From an uncultured bacterium (GTDB taxonomy: Bacteria > SAR324 > NAC60-12), in NCBI GenBank assembly GCA_965662845.1, contig CBFIJD010000013.1, positions 1-64,000 of the forward strand: a stretch of DNA of 64,000 nucleotides. Reading direction: 5' to 3'. Of the stretch, positions 47,698 through 59,508 are shown in pieces. The translations under genes and the position numbers were made by a program. The notes beneath the pieces are model-generated. The model ran no database searches. It saw nothing but the letters and a program-made list of their open reading frames with translations, and had not been told where the DNA came from. Numbering within the stretch: position 1 is the stretch's first letter; each line of letters starts with the position of its first letter.

Positions 47698-49407
47698 ATG
47701 GGACTGTTGGGTAAACTCCTCAAATCAGACTCCAAAAAAAGCTCCGGCTCCGGAAACGCTCAAACTCACCTAGCCAACGGACGCAAGCTGCTCGCGAGCC
47801 GCTTCTACGACCGCGCTTCTGTCGAATTTAACAAGGCGATTCAACTCGACTCCAAAGGCACTCTGCCTACCGTAACGCAGCTCTTTCTCGACGCTGAGGC
47901 TGCAGGGGAAGGAGCCGAGATCTTGTCGCTTGGCCAAAATTTGCTGCAAGCTCACCCAGAGAATGCGGAGCTGGCGAACCTGTTGGGCACCCTCTACCGG
48001 CGCCAAAATGAACACCGCAAAGCCGAGAACTTCTATCGTCATGCCCTCAAGGCCGACGCACAGCACAAGCTCGCATCTTACAATTTGGCAGCGACGTTGG
48101 CCCACTGCGAGGTCTATGACGAAGGCGCGGTAGATGCGCTGGCATCGCTAGAAGAGTTGAAGAACTTCGTGATTCCACCGTTTGAGAAAGAACTCGAAGA
48201 ACTTTGCAAAATGGAACTCGCTCGCAAACAAGCAGAGTTCGACGCAGAACAAGCCGCGAAAGCAGCCGAGGGCGAAGAGCCTGAAGATCCAGAGGCGATC
48301 GCCGCAGCGCGCCCCAAAGATCCTCCGGCCTATCCGCAAGAACCAGAGAAACTCGCTAATCAGATCCGGCAAATCTGGTTTGATGCAAAGACGGCAGAAG
48401 ACAAAGCCGATCCCTTCCGCCTGATGTGCGGCCTAGCCTACCATCTGCTCGAGGCGCGACGCCCCATTTCCTACAAAATTTTTGAGTGGGCTGTTCCCCG
48501 TGATCCGATGAACCAAACCTTGCGCTGCTTCCAGTTCGTGGCGCTGGGTCTGCGCAAACCAGAGCTCGCCATCGAGAAGTTGGTCAGCTTTTTGGGCAAA
48601 AACCCTTATCACCGCTATGCCTTGGTCAACCTGGGGTTGCTGTATCGCGACGCAAAACAGCCGCAGCAAGCCCGACGCTATCTCTTCATGGCGTATGAGC
48701 TCTTGCGACGGTCTCAAGGAGAATACGACACACAGCCAATGATCACGGAGGCCTTCCGCCTGCTTGGCACTGCCAACAAAAAGAAAGGCTTCGGCATGCT
48801 CAAAGAGATGTATCAAGAGCTCGAAAAGCCGGCGCAGCTCCTCCAAATTGGGGAACTCGGTGTGGAGCTGAAAGAGCTAGACATCTCCCAAGACTGTTTT
48901 GAGATGGTCCTCAAACTCAAACCCGGCGAAGAAAAAGCCCAGCAAGGGCTGGATCAAGTGCGTGCGCTCCACTTGAACAACGCCAAAGCTAAGGCCGCAA
49001 AAGAGAAGTGGGAAGAAGCGATGGAGAGTTACGAACGCGCGCTCAAGCTCGATGTGACGGTAGATGATTTGACAGGCGCGATTGAAGTCGCAGACCAGCT
49101 AGAAGACGAACACAAAGCACAGCTGCTGCGCAAACAGCTAGAGATCGCGAGCCAAGAAGAAGTCTTGCGCGAAAGCGACGAGCTTGTCTCACAGGCTCTA
49201 AAGCAAGACAAAGCGGGGAAAGCGCGAGCAGCCCTCGAAAGTTTCCAACAGGCGCTGCTGATTGCACCTCGACACAAAGTATTCGTCCAAATGCTGGACT
49301 GCTGTCAGCGCAATCAGATGGAAGAGCAAGCCGCGGCCCTCAGCGTCTGGTTTGAGAAGGTTCAAGAGGCAGACAGAGAATCGCTGCCTGAGATGCTACA
49401 GGTCTGA
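47698..49407 (+). CDS. Tetratricopeptide repeat protein
   Basis: AAGGA RBS, TPR motifs; paralogue of 17929-19698. Confidence 0.85.
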   Translation: MGLLGKLLKSDSKKSSGSGNAQTHLANGRKLLASRFYDRASVEFNKAIQLDSKGTLPTVTQLFLDAEAAGEGAEILSLGQNLLQAHPENAELANLLGTLYRRQNEHRKAENFYRHALKADAQHKLASYNLAATLAHCEVYDEGAVDALASLEELKNFVIPPFEKELEELCKMELARKQAEFDAEQAAKAAEGEEPEDPEAIAAARPKDPPAYPQEPEKLANQIRQIWFDAKTAEDKADPFRLMCGLAYHLLEARRPISYKIFEWAVPRDPMNQTLRCFQFVALGLRKPELAIEKLVSFLGKNPYHRYALVNLGLLYRDAKQPQQARRYLFMAYELLRRSQGEYDTQPMITEAFRLLGTANKKKGFGMLKEMYQELEKPAQLLQIGELGVELKELDISQDCFEMVLKLKPGEEKAQQGLDQVRALHLNNAKAKAAKEKWEEAMESYERALKLDVTVDDLTGAIEVADQLEDEHKAQLLRKQLEIASQEEVLRESDELVSQALKQDKAGKARAALESFQQALLIAPRHKVFVQMLDCCQRNQMEEQAAALSVWFEKVQEADRESLPEMLQV

Positions 49408-49415
49408 TCGCCAGC

Positions 49416-49799
49416 TCACAGGCGTCGTAACGTAATGGAACGGTTGACGACGCCTGCAGTGGTGTAGACCGCAATTTCAAAGGTAGCCTCCTCGCCCTGC
49501 AAGTGATAAGGGACCGCAATCTGGAAGTCATACGATGCGGCCCCAACGCTCTGTCCTGCGCCATCGACATAAATGGCCTGCACTGGCACAAAAGAACTCA
49601 CCCGCAGCTGCCAGACTCCCTCCTCTGCTCTCACTGCCGTTGGACTCTCATTAAAAACCAGCACGTCTTCGTCTAAACTACGCTCTGTTGCTTGCGTCTC
49701 AGCGTGGCTGGCTTGTGGCAAAGATCGGGCTTCGTGGTCTCCCGCACACCCTCCCGCAAAACTGCCTAACAATAGAAATCCCCACACAGCACGTTTCAT
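49416..49799 (-). CDS. Putative lipoprotein
   Basis: MKR plus hydrophobic stretch plus FAGG-C lipobox-like motif; small beta domain. Confidence 0.65.
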   Translation of the reverse strand: MKRAVWGFLLLGSFAGGCAGDHEARSLPQASHAETQATERSLDEDVLVFNESPTAVRAEEGVWQLRVSSFVPVQAIYVDGAGQSVGAASYDFQIAVPYHLQGEEATFEIAVYTTAGVVNRSITLRRL

Positions 49800-52700
49800 G
49801 AGTTCTCCATTGACTCTTGTTCCCTCTTCTCAATTTGAATCACACACAACTCACCGTTGATATCCCACGCAGCGCCTTGCACTTCTTCCGACCGAAGCTC
49901 CTTCGTGAGCGTCTCGGCACAAATGAATTCACGGTGCTTTTCCAGTGCAGACGCCAGTCGTTCTCCTGCTTGAAAGCGCGTCACAATGCGATCCATTACC
50001 TCCAAGCCTAGCTCCTTGCGCATATTCTGCACTTTATTAATGAACTCGCGCGCTAGGCCCTCTTGAATCAGCTCCTCGTTCAGCTCTGTGTTCAACGCGA
50101 CGGTCACTCCTTCTGCGGTTTCTACTAGCAACCCCTCCTTCTGATTTCGTTGAATCTGCACCTCGTCAGGATGCAGTGTAACCTCCACTCCATCTACCTG
50201 TAAGGTGACACTCTCGCCGACCTGTAACTGACGAATCTGCCCCGCATCAAACTTTTGAATCTCCGCTGCGACGGCTTTCATTTGTTTGCCCAAGCGCTTG
50301 CCCAGCACACGAAAGTTCGCCTGCGCGCTTAGATGAACAAGCTCTTCCTCGTTCTCGGTGATCACGATGTGCTTGATGTTGAGCTCGTCGAGCAGCAGCT
50401 CGTCCAGCTCATTCAGGATGTTCTGCGCTTCAGGATCCCGCGTGATCAGGAAAATCTGCGACAACGGCTGACGGATCTTGAGTTGATGCTTGGCGCGCAA
50501 GGCACGCCCCATGTTGACCGCCGCCAACACCAAGTCCATGCGCCGCTCCAGCTCTGGGTCGCGCAAGGAATCCTGCACCTGCGGAAAGAAGTCGAGATGC
50601 ACACTCTGTGGGTCGGTCTCCAAGCGTAAGGCTTCATAGACGCCTTCGGCAGTGTAGGGCACAAAGCTGGCGATCACTCGTGAGAGATCCTTCAAGACCG
50701 CGTAAAGCGTGGCGTAAGCCGAGAGTTTGTCGGCGCCCTGTCCGCCTTTCCAAAAGCGACGACGACTGCGGCGCAGGTACCAGTTCGTCAGCAAATCAAT
50801 AAAGCTCACAAACGGCGCGGAGGCTTTGTTGAGCTCGTTTTGTTCCATCGCCGCGGCCACCTCAGCAGTCAGGCTCTGCATGCGGCTCATGATCCAGCGG
50901 TCTAGTGGATTTTCTCGCTCCACGGCGAGGTTCTCTGGCGTCGGCTCCCAGCCATCAATCTGAGCGTAGGTCGTCAAAAACGAGAGAGAGTTCCACAGCG
51001 GCAGCAGCACTGCGCGAGTGACCTCAACCAGCCCTTGCTCCGAGAAGCGCAGCGACTCCCCCTGCACCGCGACCGAGTTCAGCATGTAGAGCCGAATCGC
51101 GTCCGCGCCGTACTGATCCAGCATCGCCACCGGGTCAGGATAGTTCTTCAGGCGCTTGCTCATTTTTTTGCCGTCTTCAGCCAGAATCAGCCCGTTGACC
51201 ACACAGCTCTGGAACGCAGGTTTGTCAAACAGCGCCGCTGCGATCACAACCAAGGTGTAGAACCAGCCGCGAGTTTGGTCGAGACCTTCGCAGATGAAGT
51301 TCGCCGGAAAGTTCGCTTCGAAGACGTCTTTATTCTCGAAGGGGTAGTGTTGCTGAGCGTACGGCATCGAGCCGGACTCAAACCAGCAGTCGAGCACTTC
51401 AGGGATGCGGCGATACACTTTGCCGTCGCGCTCAATCAACAAGTCGTCGATGAAGTGCTTGTGTAGGTCATCCACTTTTTGTCCGACGGCGGCTTCCAAC
51501 TCGGCGACACTCCCGAAGCAGAGGATCTCGCCCTCATCACTCTTCCAAATCGGCAGCGGTGTGCCCCAGTAGCGGTTGCGGCTAATCGCCCAGTCACGCG
51601 CGTTCTCTAGCCACTTGCCAAAGCGTCCGTCGCGGATATGCGTCGGCACCCAGTGCACAGCGCGGTTGTGCTCGACCATACGGTCTTTGATGGCTTCCAC
51701 GTTGACAAACCACGTCGAGATCGCCTTGTACATCAGCGGCGTGTCGGTGCGCCAGCAGAAGGGATAGCTGTGCTGCAACGTGTCTTGCCGAAAGAGCAGC
51801 CCGCGCTCCTTGAGGTTGCGCAGAATCGCCTTGTCCGCGTCTTTGATGTTCTGTCCGGCGATGAAGTCCATGAACTCACGGAAGTTGCCTTCGGTGTCAA
51901 CGGGATCAAACACAGGGATGCCCGCGGCCTGACAGACGCGCAGGTCGTCTTCACCAAAAGCTGGGGCTTGGTGCACGATCCCCGTCCCGCTCTCGTCGCT
52001 CACATAGTCATCGACCAACACCTGCCATGCATTCGACAAATCAACTCTGCCCTCGGCGAAAGAAAACAGCGGCGCGTAGCGCAGGCCTCGCAGGTCGCGC
52101 CCTTTGTGCTCACTGACGACTTGATAGGAACCTTCCTCAAAGTATGTCGCCACGCGGCTCTTGCCCAAGAGATACACATCCCCCGTCTCCTTCTGCTGAA
52201 CACGCACATAGTCAAGCTCAGGCCCAGCGCACAAAGCCAAGTTGGAAGGCAAGGTCCACGGAGTCGTCGTCCATGCGAGGAGATAGGTGTTCGCTTCCCC
52301 TTGCACCGCGAACCGCGCCGTAGCCGATGGATCTTGTACGTCTTTGTAGTTGAGGTTTGCTTCAAAGTTCGACAGCGGGGTCGAGACGCGCCACGAGTAG
52401 GGCATGACTTTGACGCCTTCGTAGATCAGTCCTTTGTCCCAGAGTTGCTTGAAGACCCACCACACGGACTCCATGAACGGGCGGTCCATGGTCTTGTAGT
52501 CGTTATCAAAGTCGATCCAGCGAGCCATGCGTTCGACCGTCTCGCGCCACTCGGACGTGTAACGCAGCACGATCTTGCGGCACTCTTCGTTGAAGTTGCC
52601 AATCCCAAACGCCTCGATGTCTGGGCGCCCCTTGAGGTCGAGGGTCTGCTCAATTTCATATTCCACAGGCAAGCCGTGACAGTCCCAACCAAAGCGGCGT

Positions 52701-52936
52701 TCGACACGGTAGCCCTGCATGGTCTTGAAGCGCGGGATCACATCTTTGATGGTTCCGGCGAGCAGGTGTCCATAGTGTGGGAGCCCTGTGGCAAACGGCG
52801 GCCCATCGTAAAAGATGAAGGGCTTCTCAGCGGGGCGCTGTTCAACAGACTTTTGGAAGATGCGCTCTTGGCGCCAGAATTCCAAAATGCGGGCTTCAAG
52901 TTCAGGGAAACGGATTTTGTTGGAGACGGGTTGCAT
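49796..52936 (-). CDS. ileS: Isoleucine--tRNA ligase (IleRS type 2)
   Basis: DGPPFATGLPHYGH, GWDCHGLP, WTTTPWTLP, DWAISRNRYWG, EGLDQTRGWF, KMSKR. Confidence 0.97.
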   Translation of the reverse strand: MQPVSNKIRFPELEARILEFWRQERIFQKSVEQRPAEKPFIFYDGPPFATGLPHYGHLLAGTIKDVIPRFKTMQGYRVERRFGWDCHGLPVEYEIEQTLDLKGRPDIEAFGIGNFNEECRKIVLRYTSEWRETVERMARWIDFDNDYKTMDRPFMESVWWVFKQLWDKGLIYEGVKVMPYSWRVSTPLSNFEANLNYKDVQDPSATARFAVQGEANTYLLAWTTTPWTLPSNLALCAGPELDYVRVQQKETGDVYLLGKSRVATYFEEGSYQVVSEHKGRDLRGLRYAPLFSFAEGRVDLSNAWQVLVDDYVSDESGTGIVHQAPAFGEDDLRVCQAAGIPVFDPVDTEGNFREFMDFIAGQNIKDADKAILRNLKERGLLFRQDTLQHSYPFCWRTDTPLMYKAISTWFVNVEAIKDRMVEHNRAVHWVPTHIRDGRFGKWLENARDWAISRNRYWGTPLPIWKSDEGEILCFGSVAELEAAVGQKVDDLHKHFIDDLLIERDGKVYRRIPEVLDCWFESGSMPYAQQHYPFENKDVFEANFPANFICEGLDQTRGWFYTLVVIAAALFDKPAFQSCVVNGLILAEDGKKMSKRLKNYPDPVAMLDQYGADAIRLYMLNSVAVQGESLRFSEQGLVEVTRAVLLPLWNSLSFLTTYAQIDGWEPTPENLAVERENPLDRWIMSRMQSLTAEVAAAMEQNELNKASAPFVSFIDLLTNWYLRRSRRRFWKGGQGADKLSAYATLYAVLKDLSRVIASFVPYTAEGVYEALRLETDPQSVHLDFFPQVQDSLRDPELERRMDLVLAAVNMGRALRAKHQLKIRQPLSQIFLITRDPEAQNILNELDELLLDELNIKHIVITENEEELVHLSAQANFRVLGKRLGKQMKAVAAEIQKFDAGQIRQLQVGESVTLQVDGVEVTLHPDEVQIQRNQKEGLLVETAEGVTVALNTELNEELIQEGLAREFINKVQNMRKELGLEVMDRIVTRFQAGERLASALEKHREFICAETLTKELRSEEVQGAAWDINGELCVIQIEKREQESMENS

Positions 52937-53009
52937 CAGGCGAAATTATCAGGGGAAAGTTGAGAAATAGGCGCGAGGCCGTCGAGCCTCAGAGGGGTCA
53001 ACGAATCGC

Positions 53010-53783
53010 TCACGTAGGTTTGAGAGGCGGGGTTTTGTTGCTGAGGTGCTGCAAGTGAAAAATATACCAGTTTTGCAATCGGGTCGGCGCGAGGCTCGCT
53101 TTCACAAAGATCGTAATCGCGTGGCGTTCTCGGTTGAGCGTAGCGACTTCCCAGCCTCGCTCCTCTGCGGTTGCGAGATTGTCTTCGTTGTAGCGCTCAA
53201 AGAGTTCTTGGACGTTCCAGCGAGATTGCAGTGGGAAGAGGCGCGAGACCGGCTGGTGATACATCTCCTCTGCCGCGAATCCATAAATTTTTTCGGCGCC
53301 AGCATTAAACGAGAGCACGCTGCCATCTTCGCCACAAATCACAACGCCGTTGAGCAAAGGCGGCAAGGGGGCAGGCGTCTGCTCGGCGGCGATAGACTCT
53401 GCAAGCGGCATGGCTTCTTGCGTGAGCCAGTCTCGAAAGCGCCCCAGCATCCTGTCGCGGGTTGTCTCGTCCAGACGGCGCATCGCGACGAGGGTGTCTC
53501 CGATTTTCGGGAACAGTCTGGCGCGCATGTCGAGGATGTGGCGCATGTGCTGCGGTGTCATATATCCGAGTTCCTGCGCCAGCTCGAGAAAGCGCAGTCC
53601 TGGCCGCAGCTCTTGTTCCTCCAGCACACGGGCGACTTGCTCTGCTTGCATGAGGCGTGTCTGCAAGGCGATCTGTCCGACAGTGAGGGTGTGGCGTCGC
53701 TGAATCTCCAACGCCTCCAGCAACGTCTTTTCGCTGATTACCTGCTGTCGCACCAAAAACGTGCCAAAGTGTTCTTCGCTCAT
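53010..53783 (-). CDS. Protein with MshEN-like helical repeats and a C-terminal PAS domain
   Basis: Four FG..L....I....L..AL..Q-like repeats; PAS motif G.VLSFNAGAEKIYGF.AEEM...V..LFP; GGAGGAG RBS. Confidence 0.75.
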   Translation of the reverse strand: MSEEHFGTFLVRQQVISEKTLLEALEIQRRHTLTVGQIALQTRLMQAEQVARVLEEQELRPGLRFLELAQELGYMTPQHMRHILDMRARLFPKIGDTLVAMRRLDETTRDRMLGRFRDWLTQEAMPLAESIAAEQTPAPLPPLLNGVVICGEDGSVLSFNAGAEKIYGFAAEEMYHQPVSRLFPLQSRWNVQELFERYNEDNLATAEERGWEVATLNRERHAITIFVKASLAPTRLQNWYIFHLQHLSNKTPPLKPT

Positions 53784-54042
53784 AACTCCTCCGCGGAAGT
53801 CCGACCGGCCATTATTTTTGTCAGTTTTGCCAGATTTATGTAACATACTGGCAAAGTGTTAGCCACGCAAGGAGGCTTGCATCTTCCGCACAATCTCTGC
53901 ATGCGCGTGCTTGAAACTTGAATGTTATGACGCAAGTGCTACTTTCCGCGTCTTTTTCCAATTTCTGGAAAACTTTGCTTCCTTTTGAAAAAGATCTGTC
54001 ACACCACAGCGCGTGACAGGCCCGACTGGTCAGGAGAACCCT

Positions 54043-55596
54043 ATGGAAACAGTCCGTATTTTTGACACAACGCTTCGCGACGGCGAGCAGTCACCTGGTT
54101 GCTCCATGTCGGCGAAAGAGAAGTTGCTTATGGCGCGCCAGCTGGAGCGTCTGGGCGTCGACATCATCGAAGCCGGCTTTGCGGCGTCTTCACCCGGCGA
54201 TTTCGAGAGTGTGCGTGAGATTGGGGAGAACATTGAGCGCGCCCGCGTGGTGTCGCTCTGTCGTGCCAACATCTCTGACATTGAGAAGGCGGTCGAAGCC
54301 CTTCGTGATGCCGGCAACTGGGGCATCCACACCTTCATCGCCTCGAGCCAACTGCACATGCAATACAAGCTGCAGATGAATGAGGAAGAGGTCTTAAAGC
54401 ACGCCACGCGGGCCGTGGAGTTTGCGCGCAAGCACACCGAAAATGTTGAGTTCAGCGCAGAAGACGCCACGCGTAGCGAACCGGAGTTCTTGGTGAAGTT
54501 GTTCTCTGCCGTCGTGAAAGCGGGAGCCACAACCCTGAACGTACCTGACACCGTGGGTTACACTACACCTGACGAAATGTATGCGCTGATTTCACGGCTG
54601 CGCAACGAAGTCTACCACGCGGATCAGGTCGTCTTCTCCGTGCACTGCCACAACGACCTCGGCATGGGAGTCGCCAACTCGCTCGCCGCAGTCCGAGCCG
54701 GAGCACGTCAAATTGAGTGTACGATCAATGGGATCGGAGAGCGGGCCGGCAACGCGGCGATGGAAGAGATTGTGATGGCGCTCAACACACGCCAGCAGCA
54801 CTTCGGCTTCACCACCAACATCAACACCGAGCAGCTCTATCCTACGAGTCGCTTACTGACTCAGATCACAGGAGTGGCCGTTCAACCCAACAAAGCGATT
54901 GTCGGCGCCAACGCCTTCGCTCACGAAGCGGGGATTCATCAACATGGCGTCCTGAAGAACGCGCTGACTTATGAGATCATGACGCCCCAGTCCGTCGGCA
55001 TTCGACAGAGCCAGATCGTCCTCGGTAAGCATTCGGGGCGCCACGCCCTAGCAGAGCGCATCAAAGGGCTGGGCTTCGAGGTCAACGACGTAGAGTTGAA
55101 TCACATCTTCCAAGAGTTCAAACGCCTCGCCGATGTGAAGCGCCAAGTCTTTGATGAAGACATTGAAGCGCTCATCACAGACAACGTCCGCAAACAAGAT
55201 GACCGCTACGAGTTACAGCACCTGACAGTGACATCCGGCACGGTAGCTGTTCCTACGGCCACCGTAACCATGCGCGTCAAAGGAGAAATCGTGCGCAAAG
55301 CCAGCTTCGGCGACGGCCCAGTCGACGCGGCGCTCAACACCATCAAGGAAATCACGGGGCAACAATGCACTCTCACAGGGTATGTGGTCAAAGCGATCAC
55401 AGGCGGGACCGACGCACAAGGGGAGGTCAGCGTCACTGTTGAGATGGAAGGTGTAACTGTAACCGGACGCGGTGCTCACACCGACATCGTAGTCGCCAGC
55501 GCGATTGCCTTCATTCACGCGCTCAATCGACTCCACGTCCGCACCGGGGTCATGAGCCTCGCCGCTCCTTACAAAGAAGCCGCCGCTGCCGTTTGA
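54043..55596 (+). CDS. leuA: 2-isopropylmalate synthase
   Basis: IFDTTLRDGEQSPG, HCHNDLG, GIGERAGN, NKAIVGANAFAHEAGIHQ, regulatory domain GDGPVDA. Confidence 0.97.
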   Translation: METVRIFDTTLRDGEQSPGCSMSAKEKLLMARQLERLGVDIIEAGFAASSPGDFESVREIGENIERARVVSLCRANISDIEKAVEALRDAGNWGIHTFIASSQLHMQYKLQMNEEEVLKHATRAVEFARKHTENVEFSAEDATRSEPEFLVKLFSAVVKAGATTLNVPDTVGYTTPDEMYALISRLRNEVYHADQVVFSVHCHNDLGMGVANSLAAVRAGARQIECTINGIGERAGNAAMEEIVMALNTRQQHFGFTTNINTEQLYPTSRLLTQITGVAVQPNKAIVGANAFAHEAGIHQHGVLKNALTYEIMTPQSVGIRQSQIVLGKHSGRHALAERIKGLGFEVNDVELNHIFQEFKRLADVKRQVFDEDIEALITDNVRKQDDRYELQHLTVTSGTVAVPTATVTMRVKGEIVRKASFGDGPVDAALNTIKEITGQQCTLTGYVVKAITGGTDAQGEVSVTVEMEGVTVTGRGAHTDIVVASAIAFIHALNRLHVRTGVMSLAAPYKEAAAAV

Positions 55597-55689
55597 TTGA
55601 CTCTCTTCGACGGGCCGTTCCTAGCCCGTCCCACGCCCTTCCCGTCGCTTCCAGACGACTCATCACAAGCACATTCGGAGACCTCTTCC

Positions 55690-58692
<3,003 letters not shown>

Positions 58693-58738
58693 GTTACAGT
58701 TACAGGCGCCTCACAGGATGAAGCGCCGCCCTCTCTTT

Positions 58739-59332
58739 CTACGGTTTGAAGGCGACGACCTGCACCACGGCAGCGCGTCCGGTATGTAACCGCCCCTCCA
58801 CCACATCTCGCTCCGTCTCCAGACCATGGCGAAACTCCAAACCGTCTAACTCTTCGCGCAGACCTTCCAATGTCATCGTCAGCTCAGGGACGGGGGGGCC
58901 TCCAGTTTTGAACTCCAGCTGCTTCGGGGTATAGGCTTCCAGCACAAAGGCGCCGCCTGATTTGAGACCGCTCACGACTTTTCGATGCAGCGGTCTGCGA
59001 ATCTCAGGAGGCACATGAGCAAACACCGACACAATTACGTCCCAGCTTGCGGGTGCAATTTCGTAGTCCGCTAAATCTGCGGTCTCTGTGTGGATGGTCA
59101 CGCCATTCTCTGCGGCCAGTGTCTTGGCTTTTTCGAGGCCCACGTGCGCGGAGTCGACGGAGTGGACCTCCATGCCCCTCTTTGCCAGAAAGACGCAGTT
59201 GCGCCCTTCCCCCGCCGCTAAGCTGAGCAGTCTCCCTTTCGGCAGCTGTTCAATGACACTCGCGATGAAGTCATTGGGCTTGGTGCCGTAGACGTATTCT
59301 TCGGTGTTGTAGCGTTCATTCCAAACGGTCAT
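58739..59332 (-). CDS. Class I SAM-dependent methyltransferase
   Basis: WNERY....Y.YGT.PN.F, LSLAAGEGRN, LKSGG. Confidence 0.9.
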   Translation of the reverse strand: MTVWNERYNTEEYVYGTKPNDFIASVIEQLPKGRLLSLAAGEGRNCVFLAKRGMEVHSVDSAHVGLEKAKTLAAENGVTIHTETADLADYEIAPASWDVIVSVFAHVPPEIRRPLHRKVVSGLKSGGAFVLEAYTPKQLEFKTGGPPVPELTMTLEGLREELDGLEFRHGLETERDVVEGRLHTGRAAVVQVVAFKP

Positions 59333-59508
59333 TCCCTGCTCCAATGTATTGGTAAAAAAGTCACGACTGGCCCAAAGAGGGGCGGTCGCGACGGAAGCGG
59401 TCGGTGTGCTTGATTCGGACTGTGCTCAACGTTCGCCTCTTTTTCGGCTGGCTGCGGGTTCTGCGCCGGAGGTGATTCAATCGCTCTTGGGGGCTTCCCA
59501 GCGCGCGC

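Noticed and set aside
51638..52963. 441 aa plus-strand ORF antisense to ileS
   Set aside because: Shadow ORF of a conserved gene with biased codon use; no protein motifs.
53784..54042. Possible leucine attenuator or T-box upstream of leuA
   Set aside because: No Leu-rich leader peptide, T-box motif or terminator seen.
59345..59508. Complementary segments upstream of the SAM methyltransferase (possible riboswitch or 6S RNA)
   Set aside because: Pairings are short and mutually exclusive, and I recognise no consensus of a known RNA family. An Rfam scan would settle it.
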